Source: Macrostomum lignano
Taxonomy: Eukaryota
Reading direction: 5' to 3'
DNA: 64,000 nt
Assembly (NCBI GenBank): GCA_002269645.1
Contig: NIVC01000166.1
Location: 567,490 to 631,489 of the forward strand
The notes beneath the pieces are model-generated. The model saw nothing but the letters and a program-made list of their open reading frames with translations. It was not told where the DNA came from and did no database searches. Position numbers and translations under genes: made by a program. This document shows, in pieces, positions 48,427 through 59,644 of the stretch (its first letter is position 1; every line of letters begins with the position of its first letter).

Positions 48427-48755
48427 ATGGGCAACCCGCAGCGCCTGCTATGCTGGGCAGTGGCCGCGGCCTTGCTAGCCTTTCTCGCATCCTATTGGCT
48501 GACGGGCCATCAGCTGGCCAGCCAATCAGTGGAGGCCGTGGCCAAGGCGGCAGCCTTAACCGCCAGTTCGCTATCTCGCGTAGCCAGCAGCGCTGATAAC
48601 AGACGGGCGGATCATTCCAGGCGAGCCAGGGTTGCCGTCGGTCTCGGTGCCAATGTGGACGTTCGAGCCAGTCCCGATCGCTTCTTGGCGTTGCTGGCTG
48701 CTCACGGAGGCGCTGCCATGGCAACGAAGGATGCAAATAACAAACGGATTGATCG
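48427..48755 (+). CDS. ADPGK: ADP-dependent glucokinase-like protein, exon 1 (signal anchor)
   Basis: Hydrophobic N-terminus, then RVAVGLGANVDV (human RVAVGVNACVDV). Donor CG|gtaaaa. Confidence 0.8.
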
Positions 48756-48912
48756 GTAAAATTCAAAAGTTTCTTTTTTATCTTTAAAAACGCAAATTTT
48801 GCTACTAAAATAAACGCATATTTTTGCAAGTAGCATATCTAAATATTCTAGTATGTGGGGACTGGACAAACTAAAAGAACTTCCCCACACCGCCACACAT
48901 CCGCCGTCGCAG

Positions 48913-49251
48913 GCTTGAAACTGCCTCCGACATTGTGGCGGATTTTCAACAGCGTTCGGCGGGCCGTCAGCCGGCCTCTGAGCGGCACCTTCACAATGCC
49001 AGCCTGTTTGCCGCTCTGGTCGCTGACTTGACGGCCGCTGGTGGCGTCCGCGGCAGCCAGCACCATCACCGGGTGTCTCTGGGCGGATGCCCTGTTCGCC
49101 TGGCCAACTCACTGGCCGGCTTCGGCTTTAAGGTGCTGCTCGGGGCTGGCCGGGCGGCCGGGCGCATGCGGCACCGGCTGGCCGAGGAAGTCTCGCTTGC
49201 TGCCGCTGCGGCCGAGACCAAAGACTCGGCTGTGGATGTGGATGAGTACCG
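48913..49251 (+). CDS. ADPGK: ADPGK-like, exon 2
   Basis: cgcag|G LETASDIVADF...ASER...LGG...KVLLG...DEY; phase 2 at both ends. Confidence 0.8.
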
Positions 49252-49259
49252 GTGAGCTG

Positions 49260-49314
49260 CTGTGTCTGTCTGTCTGACTGTCTGTCTGTCTGACTGTCTG
49301 TGTGTCTGTGTGAC

Positions 49315-49347
<33 letters not shown>

Positions 49348-49437
49348 GACTGTCTGTCTGTCTGTCTGTCTGACTGTCTGTCTGTCTGTCTGACTGACTG
49401 TCTGTCTGTCTGTCTGTCTGACTGTCTGTCTGTCTGT
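49260..49437. repeat. (CTGT/CTGA)n microsatellite filling ADPGK intron 2
   Basis: Visible; begins ~8 nt after the donor. Confidence 0.95.
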
Positions 49438-49493
49438 TCGCCTGGCTGCATTAGAATTCCACCAGAGCAGGAACCCCATCGCCATCCCCTCAG

Positions 49494-50048
49494 GCTGCTA
49501 GTGGAGCAAGCCGACCCCGCCACAGGCGCACACAGCTGGTACGCCCTCCGCCGGAGTCAGTGGAACGCTCAGCTGTCCAGCCTGCGCTCGTTTCAGTCCC
49601 GCATGGAGCAGTTCCAGCCAGACCTTCTCGTGCTGGCGGGCCTTCAGGCCATCCACGACCACCCGCAGTCTGCCGGACTGCTGCGCGATCGCCTGTCCAG
49701 CCTGGTGGAGTTCCTCACCGCCAGCGGCCGAGTGAAGACCCACCTGCGGCTGCCTCCGCTGCCGTCGGATGAGCCGAAGTTCGCTCAGCTGATGCTGGAG
49801 TTCGCGGTGCCCTACGCTGACTCGCTGTTCCTCGATGGCCGCGGCCTGGTGGCTCTGCTGGGCGCCATGGAGACTGGAAATCCGCCAGCTGTACCGGTTG
49901 AACCAGCGACTGTCACCGTCGGCCTGGACCTGCTCCGCCGGTTGTACAGCGTGCTGCGAACTACTTCGGTGATGAATGGGCGCAGGAAAGTCAGCCGGCT
50001 GCACCTGCGGAGTCGGCTGGGATATCAGGCTTTGCTGGTGACTCACAG
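49494..50048 (+). CDS. ADPGK: ADPGK-like, exon 3
   Basis: MEQFQPDLLVLAGLQ (human LEEFQPDLVVLSGLH), VSRLHLRS. Splice sites ctcag| and AG|gtgagg. Confidence 0.85.
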
Positions 50049-50088
50049 GTGAGGCATTAGTGGCTTGATTTATGACTCACAGGTCTGG

Positions 50089-50108
50089 TAACTGACTGAC
50101 TAACTAAA

Positions 50109-50153
<45 letters not shown>

Positions 50154-50154
50154 G

Positions 50155-50209
<55 letters not shown>

Positions 50210-50210
50210 G

Positions 50211-50241
<31 letters not shown>

Positions 50242-50242
50242 G

Positions 50243-50281
<39 letters not shown>

Positions 50282-50302
50282 GACTGACTAACTAACTAAC
50301 TG

Positions 50303-50353
<51 letters not shown>

Positions 50354-50382
50354 GACTAACTAACTAACTAACTAACTAACTG

Positions 50383-50429
<47 letters not shown>

Positions 50430-50432
50430 GAA

Positions 50433-50473
<41 letters not shown>

Positions 50474-50478
50474 GACTG

Positions 50479-50526
<48 letters not shown>
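50089..50526. repeat. (AACT)n microsatellite filling ADPGK intron 3
   Basis: About 105 tetramers, ending ~25 nt before the acceptor AG at 50551-50552. Confidence 0.97.
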
Positions 50527-50527
<1 letters not shown>

Positions 50528-50552
50528 CTCTCACACCCTCACTAATTCACAG

Positions 50553-51018
50553 AGCCGGCTGGCCTGACCCGGAATCGGCAGTGGCCGCCGCCTCTCTGGC
50601 TGCCTATCGTGCCGCCTGTGGTCGCCATGACGACACCGAAGCCGGCTACAATAGCGTCAGCAATCGTCAAAGTCGTCGCCGTATTCACCCGCGCCTGTTG
50701 GGCGACAGCCTGCCTAGCAACGCAGCTGTCAGTCCCAACTTTGGCTTCGGCTTTGCCAAAAGCAGCGAGCCGGATTTCTTCGACAACTGGCTGGCTTTGA
50801 ATGCCACTCGGCCGGTGGGCTGCTGGACCGAGTCGCCGGATTTCACCGTCTGCCTTTCGCTGGCGCCGACTTGCGTTGGCGGCCACGGCGGCGGCGGCGG
50901 CGGCGGAGGCACCGCGGCTATCGCTGCAGGCGATGCCTCGTTTGCCGCGGAGGCTGCGGCGCTGGCGGCCCAGCTGGGACCAGCGGAGCCGATCGTGTTT
51001 CAGCCGCCTGGAGGCTGA
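50553..51018 (+). CDS. ADPGK: ADPGK-like, last exon
   Basis: ttcacag|A AGWPDPESAVAAASLAAYRAACG...RPVGCW...TAAIAAGDASFAA, corresponding to human TVGLGDAISA. Confidence 0.8.
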
Positions 51019-51152
51019 ACTTTAATATTCCACTCTGCTGCGTTAACAGTATCACTTTAGTCTGTAAAATTCTGCTGTAACTTCTTCCTAGTTAATAATA
51101 TATATTAAAAGTCAGCTTAGCCGCAGCTATTGCGTGGCGCATCCTGGAGACT

Positions 51153-51338
51153 GTGTACGGCTGTTCAGTCCAAGGACTGGGAGGGGGTCGCCACAACCAC
51201 CCTCAATTACCCATTTTACAGCTGGGTGAACTGAAGCAATGCAGAGTTAAACGTGTCTTGCTCGGGGACACAAATTGTTCCGAGTGGGTCGGGAATCGAA
51301 CCCCCAACCATTCAGTCTACAGTCTACCACTAGGCTAC
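51153..51338 (-). mobile_element. tRNA-derived CORE-like SINE (family 2)
   Basis: Minus strand: A box TAGCCTAGTGG, B box GGTTCGATTCC. Body cccattttacagctgggtgaactgaagc...agagttaa resembles the MIR/CORE domain. Second copy at 59645. Confidence 0.75.
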
Positions 51339-52397
51339 AGTCCCCTTTTTATAAGTTCCCTAGTTAGAAACTAAATGGAATTCAGATTATGATTCAAGGA
51401 CTACTTAAGTAGAAGGACGGGAAATCTCGTTTCTTTTAAAATTGTAGTACACAGGTTTTTCCGTAAAGATACATTACGGAGATAGGAAGTTTTCATTTTT
51501 AAGCTCAAAATCTGTTATTGCTTTTAATAGAAGGCGGAACCAATGTTCATCTTTTGATATGTTTGGCCTTTCCTATAGTTTAGAAAATTAGAAATCTATG
51601 TTAAAGTCACATGTAGAAATCGCGTGTTTAAAATGGGGTTCCTTTTTGAATCTGTAAGCAGTACCTACTTGTGAGCTAACTAACTACGGTAAGTAGTATA
51701 AGCAGCATTTGAAACTTGCGCAGTTAAAGTTTACAGGCAATGCTTTGAGATTCTGTTGTTGTTGTATATACTACTGTTTTATCTGCTTAGTGAGTAGGAT
51801 GTACTTTTTATAAATTGAATAATGCGTTTTTTATCTTACGATCCCAGTTCTTTACGACTATAAGCGATTATGTTGACTTGTAAAAGTTGTCAGTTCCTTC
51901 CATCTAATAGCTTTTTATCTGTTCATTATTTCTATATTTAGTAAGTCAAAATACATATCTGTGTAATGTTTATGCAACTATCAACATCTTTCTGGCATAT
52001 ACGAGCTAAATGTAATAAAACGGTTTGAAATTTTTTTAACGCCAAAGCTGTTTATCGGCTGTCATGCATTCCAACTAAGCTGAGATTAAATATTGATTGC
52101 TCTTAAATCTATTCCTCTTTTCCTCATGGTCACATGAGACTAAAAGTCTTCATCACAGGTTGACTTTCTGGACTGAAAATAATTGACATGACAGCTTTGG
52201 ACGAGTTAAGCGTGTGTACTTTTGGCTTAGCAACTAATGTCTTCTACAGCTTCTGTCTGTGGCCGTTACCCCCCCCCCACTCACTAGGCAGTGAGAAATC
52301 TTTTCTGCAGTCAAAGGCAAAACTTTCTACGCTGCCAATCTGTTTGCTTGAAAGCCAGCCATTTCGAAGGCGACTTCGGCTAATTTGATAACACAGA

Positions 52398-52850
52398 ATG
52401 GCTCCGGACGACAAATCTGCCAACAATCGAGTCGAGCTGGACATCTCAACAGACAGCTCGGACAATGCTCAGCCGTCCAGACCGAAGCGGATTCGGCGAC
52501 CTGGCGAAGACGGCTGGTTGAAGACGTTTCACGATCCGAACGCCGACAGGAGCCTGTTGGATTCGCTGCGCCGTTGCGAGTTGAACCCTGACCTGCCGAG
52601 GATGCGGAGGCTCAACTGTTACTGCGGCACCGCGGTGCACCGGCAGGACAGCTGGCACGTGATGGTGCTTGACGGCACTCTGGTGTGCAACGGCTGCGCC
52701 CGCTGCCACTGTTGCGGCCGCCAATCAGTGCCAAATAGTCGCAAACTGGTCTCCGTTGACGGTTTCGTGCTGTGCTACACCTGCCTGCACATATACGGTC
52801 ACTTTAGGCAGCCTAAACTGCGGATTCGCGTGCAGGCCATCGCTGTGAAG
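52398..52850 (+). CDS. LIM-like zinc-finger protein, exon 1
   Basis: CYC-x20-CNGCARCHCC-x19-CYTC ligand spacing. Donor AAG|gtgcgc, phase 0. Confidence 0.65.
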
Positions 52851-53065
52851 GTGCGCTTCATGGTCCACTGCGTGGAATCCAGGGGAAAAATATCTAGGGT
52901 TATGATATGATGTACAATAGGGCATCAGCACCAAGAGACAACAACCAGAGCCTCCCATGAGGCTTTATTTAGTAAGCTGAACATAGAGCTCAGCGATGTA
53001 ATTAGGAGTGGATTTTATAATGGAGTAGATACAAGTGCAATAGCGGGGATCTGCTCGCACTACAG

Positions 53066-53536
53066 GACCCGCTGCAGTCCAACACAGACCAATCCACCTC
53101 TGTCGCTGCTGTCCCCGACAACGTGAGCAACAGCGAGTACTATGACCTCAACGTGCCGCGGACCAACCGCTGCTGCTACACTCCGAAAGACGACAGCCGT
53201 AGGCGCGTCAGAATCGAGCGCTATTACGACCCGCCGGTGCGTCGACTGCCGTTCGAAGACGACCCGTGCGTTGTGCCGCCGACCTACCTGGCCGAGGACA
53301 GCGGCCGCCGGCAGATGGTCTGTCCGGCCTGCAACAGCATCGCCCTGGGACCGTCCGCCTACACAGTGCCAGCAATGGCCCAAGTCTACCACAAGCGCTG
53401 CTTCCGCTGCTGCAACTGCAGGGAGAGCCTGTCGTGCGGAGTGCAGGTTGCTGGCATCAGCTTCGAGTATTGCGCCTGCGAGGTGCCGCTGGTCTGGTGC
53501 ACCAAGCCCGCGTGTCAGACGGCTAGGTGGGTTTGA
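53066..53536 (+). CDS. LIM-like zinc-finger protein, exon 2
   Basis: ctacag|DPLQ...CPAC-x19-HKRCFRCCNC-x17-CACE, a near-canonical LIM domain. Confidence 0.75.
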   Translation, partial: DPLQSNTDQSTSVAAVPDNVSNSEYYDLNVPRTNRCCYTPKDDSRRRVRIERYYDPPVRRLPFEDDPCVVPPTYLAEDSGRRQMVCPACNSIALGPSAYTVPAMAQVYHKRCFRCCNCRESLSCGVQVAGISFEYCACEVPLVWCTKPACQTARWV

Positions 53537-53622
53537 AAGCCAGCAGTGCACTTTCTCTTAACAGGATCGTTGATTCAACATTGACGCCAACCCCCAAGGC
53601 ACAGAGAGTGTCAAAGAGTATA

Positions 53623-54158
53623 GAGGTCACCTAGTATAGAGTGCCAATAAGGATGAAAAACTGAAGCCGATTTTTAGAATCCACCCACCACCTCCGGTCA
53701 CCAAGCTTTTTAGTCTATGGCACAAGTTGTGGCTAGAATGGTACAAAGCCGATGCTCAGAAATATAAGACATTTCACACTTAGAAAATGCATGTATCAAA
53801 TAAGCAAGACAACATCGCTCAGTCACCAGACTCAGTTGCCGTCGTCGATACGCAGCTCCGTAACAGCCATGCCATGTAGCCCTTACGTCTGAACAACAAC
53901 AGCCATGCCACTAAAGTGCGCGGTAGCTAATTGCAATAACTGCGTTTCTGATGCATCTGTATCCTTTCGTCAAAGGACGTCGATCGTCTGAGATCTGTGT
54001 ATGTATATGTCTATGTATATTTCTAAGCATCGGCTTTGTACCATTCTAGCCACAACTTGTGCCATAGACTAAAAAGCTTGGTGACCGGAGGGGTGGGTGG
54101 ATTCTAAAAATCGGCTTCAGATTTTCGTCCTTATTGGCACTCTATTCTAGGCGACCTC
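53623..54158. mobile_element. MITE with ~150-bp TIRs (superfamily unclear)
   Basis: GAGGTCACCTAG...gagtgccaataagga...tttttagtctatggcacaagttgtggctagaatgg and its reverse complement ending CTAGGCGACCTC. No clear TSD. Confidence 0.85.
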
Positions 54159-54173
54159 AAAACTCTGGAGACT

Positions 54174-54295
54174 GTACATGCCTGACGATTAGAAAGCCAA
54201 AAGGCCGCTGTACACCCTGTGACGCTGTGTGAGCGTGTGCATGAGTGATCAGGAGTCTGCGGAATGGCAGAATTTCCTCACCGCTAGTTGTTAGG
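54174..54295 (+). mobile_element. Diverged SINE family 1 body fragment
   Basis: gtacatgcctgacgat...ggccgctgtacacc...gtgtgagcgtgtgc...gcggaatggcag matches the reverse complement of 8760-8860. Confidence 0.55.
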
Positions 54296-55281
54296 ATCAT
54301 GCCGCCGAACAAATCCCAAACAATAGCCTCGGACCGTACCGTCAGTTATCGAATCCAGCGGGTTTGGCCGAGACCTTTCTAGAGCTTGCGTGGACACTCC
54401 ATTAAAAACGAACATTTGAGCATGCAGTGAATTGGACATCAATAAACGCCCCCCCCCCCAAATTCCAATTCCAACCGCGCAGATATCTTCACCACAAAGT
54501 CAGCAAGTGCCGTCTTGGCTGCATTCGCCCGGGCGGTCGCATTCAGAACGACTGCACCCAGGAGGAGACCGAGACCAAGACCCACGGCAGGCGGAAACGG
54601 CAGGGCAAACAACAGCAGCAGACGCAGGGTGAACAGCGCGAAACCAGCGAAATTTCCGAGTGACCGGGTCGGGTCCACAGCTGGAAAGCTTTTAAGGCGT
54701 TCAAAAACATCCCAAATTTAATATAAATTAGCCATTTAACTATTATTAAAAAAACAACTCAACCAGATCTTCTGTTCTGAAATACCACTGATTTGTGTAC
54801 TACTACCAGTACTACATCTGCAATGCTTAGATATTGTTATTACAAAGTAACTTGTACTGTTTTTTATTTATACAAGTACTACCACTACCAGTAATTTAAT
54901 ATACCTTTGTATTCTGTGTGGAGCAAACAGGTTGTCTAATAACATTGGTTTACAGCATCAAGATGGCGTCTTTATTTGTTTGTTTATTATTAATTTTTAA
55001 TTTACGAATCGTCAATGATAAACAGAATACGCACTTGAAAATAGTTTATAGACGTTAGCTAACGGGATTTAAAATTTAACAGATTTTATTGAAACGAGTA
55101 GGCAGATACAGCACAAATTTAATTTGAAAATTATGTTTCAATAGCTAATAATTGACAGTGCAGTTCGCCTTTCTAATGCATTGTTTGCATATCATTGACA
55201 AAGAAGCAAAATAGATTTACTATGCCGCTTGTCCTGGCATCGGATTTGTGGACCAACAATTAAACAAAGTATATTATAGCA

Positions 55282-55591
55282 CAGGGTCGACAAACTTTTT
55301 ACATCAAGGGCCAGGTTAGAGATTCTATTAGATCATTGCTGCGGGCCAGATGAGAGAGGAAGAGGAGATGAGAGATGAGCTGAGAGAGAAGATAGGAGGA
55401 GAGATGAGATGATAAGAGAGGAGAGGAGAAAAGGGATTTGAGGAGAGAGATAAGAGAAGAGAGAAGAGGCGATAGGCGAGAGCTGAGAAGAGACAAATAA
55501 TGAGCGGGGTTGCAATTGTAAGGATTTTAAGGGCCGGATGGAGGCTTTGCGGGCCGCATGTGGCCGGCGGGCCAAAGTTTGCCAACCCCTG
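55282..55591. mobile_element. hAT-type MITE with GA-rich core (well preserved)
   Basis: TIRs CAGGGTCGACAAACTTT / AAAGTTTGCCAACCCCTG, subterminal GCGGGCC motifs typical of hAT MITEs. TSD not evident. Confidence 0.7.
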
Positions 55592-55693
55592 GCTGCTCTA
55601 GTAGATCTCTTCAACACTTGTCGTAGCCCTTGACGCTAAAATTAGCTACTAATCAATAACGAGTTTAGTACTAGTGGAGTTCCACTTTTCAGA

Positions 55694-55885
55694 TTAGAAG
55701 CTTTCTGTGTCGCCCTCGAACGCGAAACTAAAGCCGAACCCCTTGGACGCCGGGGCCCAGTCGGCGGTGTAAAACCGGTTACCAATGGCCATGATTTCTC
55801 CTTGACTAAGTCGGGCCTCAACAACTGGACAATCGTGCGCGCACGGACTTTTAGGCGTTAGACGGATCCGTGATGTGCCTTTCAC
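55694..55885 (-). CDS. C6orf89: C6orf89/BRAP-like protein, last exon
   Basis: ttgcag|VKGTSRIRLTPKSPCAHDCPVVEARLSQGE...ESF*, continuing IVAQ in phase 0. Confidence 0.65.
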   Translation of the reverse strand: MKGTSRIRLTPKSPCAHDCPVVEARLSQGEIMAIGNRFYTADWAPASKGFGFSFAFEGDTESF

Positions 55886-56230
55886 CTGCAAGTGTTCGTG
55901 GTCAGTTTTTGTCTTTACTTCAAAGTATTAACAGCTTTTATTGTTGCAAGTTTTTCTAAATAATTGAACTATCTAACCTAGAAATTCCGTCGACTAATAA
56001 TTTCATTTAACTGTTGAATCAAAATTTCAACATGGGACGTTTCCAGGAAAGTGCATGTGACGGGCGGTAACGCGACCGGAAAAGTACGAACTCATCGCAA
56101 GTATGCTTGCTGCTAGTTCGATCTGAAACCTTGACTAAAAACCTCAAATAATCGGAATTTTGTAAGAAAGCCATTCAAATGTATCATCATGTAATCCGTG
56201 ATTAAAATCTAATTCCTTTGGACCGATCAC

Positions 56231-57064
56231 CTGGGCCACAATCAGCAGATTCGGCTCCGGGGGTGCAGTAATGCGCCTGGTTTTGTTGCCAGCATACGAG
56301 CGCCACAGCATGACATAGGAGGAGCCGATCGTGGACACGGACAGCGGTAAGAAGCTCGGTCTCGCATAGAACTGTCTAAACGCTTTGATCTCGCGCAGGT
56401 CGCAGTGTCTCCAGGTAGCCAACCAGTTGGTCCAGTCTCTCTGCAGTACAGCCTCAAGCAGGTGCTCCTGGGTTCGTAGGCCGCTCGGCAGATTGTGCCG
56501 AAGGTCGCAGGCTTCCTCTGGCGAGTTTTCGTCAACCAGACTTGCGTAGAACTCGCGCAGCTCGTCCAGCTGCAGCCGCGTCACGGGCCACTCAACCATG
56601 GTTGCATTGCCGGTCACAATCACTGGCTGAGCCTTGTCCAGAAAGTCGGCTAGAAAAGTGTCCGGTGTGAGCTGTCCGGCAGTCCGATGGGCGGCACTGC
56701 TGGTGGCTTCGCACAGGTCGCAATCGCGCGGCTGCAGCAGGTAGGGCGGCAAGTAGATCGGGTTGCGCAGCAGACAGAAATCCGTCATCAGATTGCGCCA
56801 GTCGAACCAAGGCAGCACCGCTTGCACAAGCAGGATTCGAGCGTGGCTTAAAGCAAAGTACTTGACGCACTCGCACTGCAGTGTCCAGCTGAGAATCAAA
56901 CAGGCTGCGACAGCAATGACCAACTTGCAGCCGTATTTGCGCCACAAATTGACCAGGTAGCAACAAACTAGCTGCCAGGCATGATTTTGCGTACCTTTGC
57001 CAGATTTTCTATCGGATTCGATCTGCTTTCCAAGCTGGTCGATAAGCTGGTCGGTGTCGGACAT
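56231..57064 (-). CDS. C6orf89: C6orf89/BRAP-like type II membrane protein, exon 1
   Basis: N-terminal TM, RILLVQAVLPWFDW, FLDKAQPVIV, WRHCDLREIKAFRQFYARPSFLP. Donor CAG|gtgatc. Spliced product 341 aa. Confidence 0.7.
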
Positions 57065-57933
57065 GACTTGCGGGTTTGTATGAATGCAAATCTGACCTGT
57101 TTCTCATTTCATTTCAAATTTCTGCTGCAGCAGAGTTTATATATAGGGCATTGCCGAATCAGTTTCTTTGGGAAGTGATTTGGAGATGCTGCTCTCGGGA
57201 GTAACGGCTTCACCCCCCCCCCGAGAGGATTCGCCTTATCGCATTCATCCAGACCTTGACTCGCGCTCCCACTCAGCCTTCCTTCCTAGTAAATTCTGTG
57301 GCGTGACTTCTGCCAAGATTGATAATGGCTGCTTAGGAAAATCCTTGGCTATATCCACCCGTTTCCTGAATTTTTCCTCAATCTTAATTACTACAGACCG
57401 GGGATTCTGATGGGCATTTTCCTGTCCCGGTTTGGTTCGTCTTGGGGGGTCGCAGTTTTGCCTGCCTCTATTTGTTAAACGCAATCTCATTCTTTTGCCT
57501 GTCTTTTGTATTTGATAAATGTTTTTCCGCATGAACGTTTAACTAGCTTGCCTATTGCTGTAACTGTACGCTCTACCCATCAACATTCGTGAGCCTAAAA
57601 CGAGTAGCCAACCAAATAGCCCAGCTATTGTTCTCTACACTGCTGCAACCGTCTATCTTGCACATTGGAAATAGTTTGTTAGACAATTGTGCTCTGGAGT
57701 ACAAGGGTGAAAACGTACTCGACCCGTGTAAAAACAACGCAGATATTGCACGCTCAGTGGTTGCATGCAATGTAGTTTAATTTTTACAGCGATGATAACT
57801 TTTTTACATCAGGGAAGCTAATTTTATCTTTAAAGATATAACCCTTCCGATCCAGGGTTACACAAGTTTTTTTAGTCGACAAGGTTATTACATTTACCGA
57901 GTTTTTACGCGTTTCAAAGCTTTCAACAATCGC

Positions 57934-58024
57934 ATGGCTCAATTCACTGTGCTTCAAAGTCGCTGGATGGTTTTGGCTTTAGTGATTTTGGCTATGTTGT
58001 CAATTTGCAACGCGCAGGATTCCT
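57934..58024 (+). CDS. Mucin-like type I membrane protein, exon 1 (signal peptide)
   Basis: MAQFTVLQSRWMVLALVILAMLSICNAQDS, donor T|gtaagc. Confidence 0.75.
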
Positions 58025-58095
58025 GTAAGCTTATTGTTGCTATCATTTCCTACAAATCCAACTGCCGATTCACGCGTATCCCTCTCCGATTTCAG

Positions 58096-58947
58096 CGTCA
58101 ACAACCCTGTTGATAGAAGATTCAACAATCAGAGACGAAACTGATGGGTTCACTAGTGCAACATCATCAGCCTCTGCTTCAGAAGACACCACAGAAGCTT
58201 TAAAATCGCCCACAGAAGCTTCCAAATCGACCACAGAACCTTCCACGTCAACCACAGAACCTTCCACGTCAACCACAGAACCTTCCACGTCAACACAGAA
58301 CCTTCCACGTCAACCACAGAACCTTCCACGTCAACTACAGAACCTTTCACGTCAACCACAGAACCTTCTTTGTCAACCACCGAACCGTCAACCACAGAAC
58401 CTTCCACGTCAAACACAGAACCGTCAACCACAGAACCTTCCACGTCAACCACAGAACCTTCCACGTCAACCACAGAACCTTCCACGTCAACCACAGAACC
58501 TTCCACGTCAACCACAGAACCTTCCACGTCAACCACAGAACCGTCTACGTCAACCACAGAACCTTCCACGTCAACCACAGAACCCACGTCAACCACAGAA
58601 CCTCACGTCAACCACAGAACCTTCCACGTCAACCACAGAACCATCCACGTCAACCACAAAAGAATCCACATCGACTATAAAACCTTCTACGTCAACCACT
58701 TCAACTTCCACATCGACAACTCCAACTTCTACATCGACCACTTCAACTTCCACATCGACAACTCCAACGTCTACATCGACCACTTCAACTTCTACATCGA
58801 CAACTCCAACGTCTACATCGACCACTTCAACTTCTACATCGACCACTTCAACTTCTACATCGACTAGTGAAATTTCGACCACTGCAGTAGCTTCAGCATC
58901 AGCCGTTGCAAGAACTACGTCGACCAAAAATCCTCCAATCATTTACG
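58096..58947 (+). CDS. Mucin-like protein, exon 2 (S/T-rich stalk, 21-bp repeats)
   Basis: tttcag|..STTLLIED...(TTEPSTS)n...(TSTSTTP)n...PPIIY G|gtacc. Two compensating indels shift the middle block. Confidence 0.75.
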
Positions 58948-59049
58948 GTACCTTATTTTCGTTGTGCATTTACCGTGCTTTAAAAAAATTAAATCCAACT
59001 GCAAACGAACTGATCAAATTTTATGACAAAACTTACCTGTACATTTCAG

Positions 59050-59162
59050 ACACACCCAAATCAACCATTCTCTACATTGTATTGGGCGTTCTCGTACCGC
59101 TATTTCTGATAGCTTTGGCTGCTTCACTGACGTATATTTTCATTCGAAGATCCCGTTTACAG
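59050..59162 (+). CDS. Mucin-like protein, exon 3 (TM helix)
   Basis: tttcag|DTPKSTILYIVLGVLVPLFLIALAASLTYIFIRRSRLQ|gtatcc. Confidence 0.8.
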
Positions 59163-59244
59163 GTATCCAGTGCACTTTATCTTAATATGTTTGTAGCAAT
59201 CTAATAGAATACTCTATTAAATGTCAAATCGATTTAAATTGCAG

Positions 59245-59331
59245 CAGCAACCGAAAGACCCTGAACTGCAAGATGAAACCATCAGTCGAAGGCACCGCTC
59301 GGTTAATCGTCGAGATGAGGACACTGATTCG
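59245..59331 (+). CDS. Mucin-like protein, exon 4 (cytoplasmic)
   Basis: ttgcag|QQPKDPELQDETISRRHRSVNRRDEDTDS|gtatga, 29 codons in phase 0. Confidence 0.65.
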
Positions 59332-59449
59332 GTATGATTTGAATCGTAGTTGATTTGGCTTTCGATTCATTAGCTATTCGATCACTTAATTGAAATTATA
59401 TGGGAACTCCGACTAGGCATTTACTCAAGGATGAGCTGTAGCATTCCCA

Positions 59450-59620
59450 AGCTTGTATCGCGCAGTGAGACAAGCTCTTGTTTCACTTGTCTCACTTGTT
59501 TCACTTGTCTTCACTTGTCTTCACTTGTCTTCACTTGTCTTCACTTGTTTCACTTGTTTCACTTGTTTCACTTGTCTCACTCGCGCAGTGAGACAAGTGA
59601 GACAAGACAAGTTCAAGCTC
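59450..59620. repeat. 9-bp TCACTTGT(C/T) repeat with flanking inverted AGTGAGACAAG
   Basis: Visible array. Confidence 0.8.
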
Positions 59621-59644
59621 TTGCAGATGCATCTGTCTGAAGGC

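Noticed and set aside
54427-54663. Short Q/R/E-rich ORF as a further exon of the LIM-like gene
   Set aside because: The LIM exon already ends in a stop, and I found no convincing acceptor or homology.
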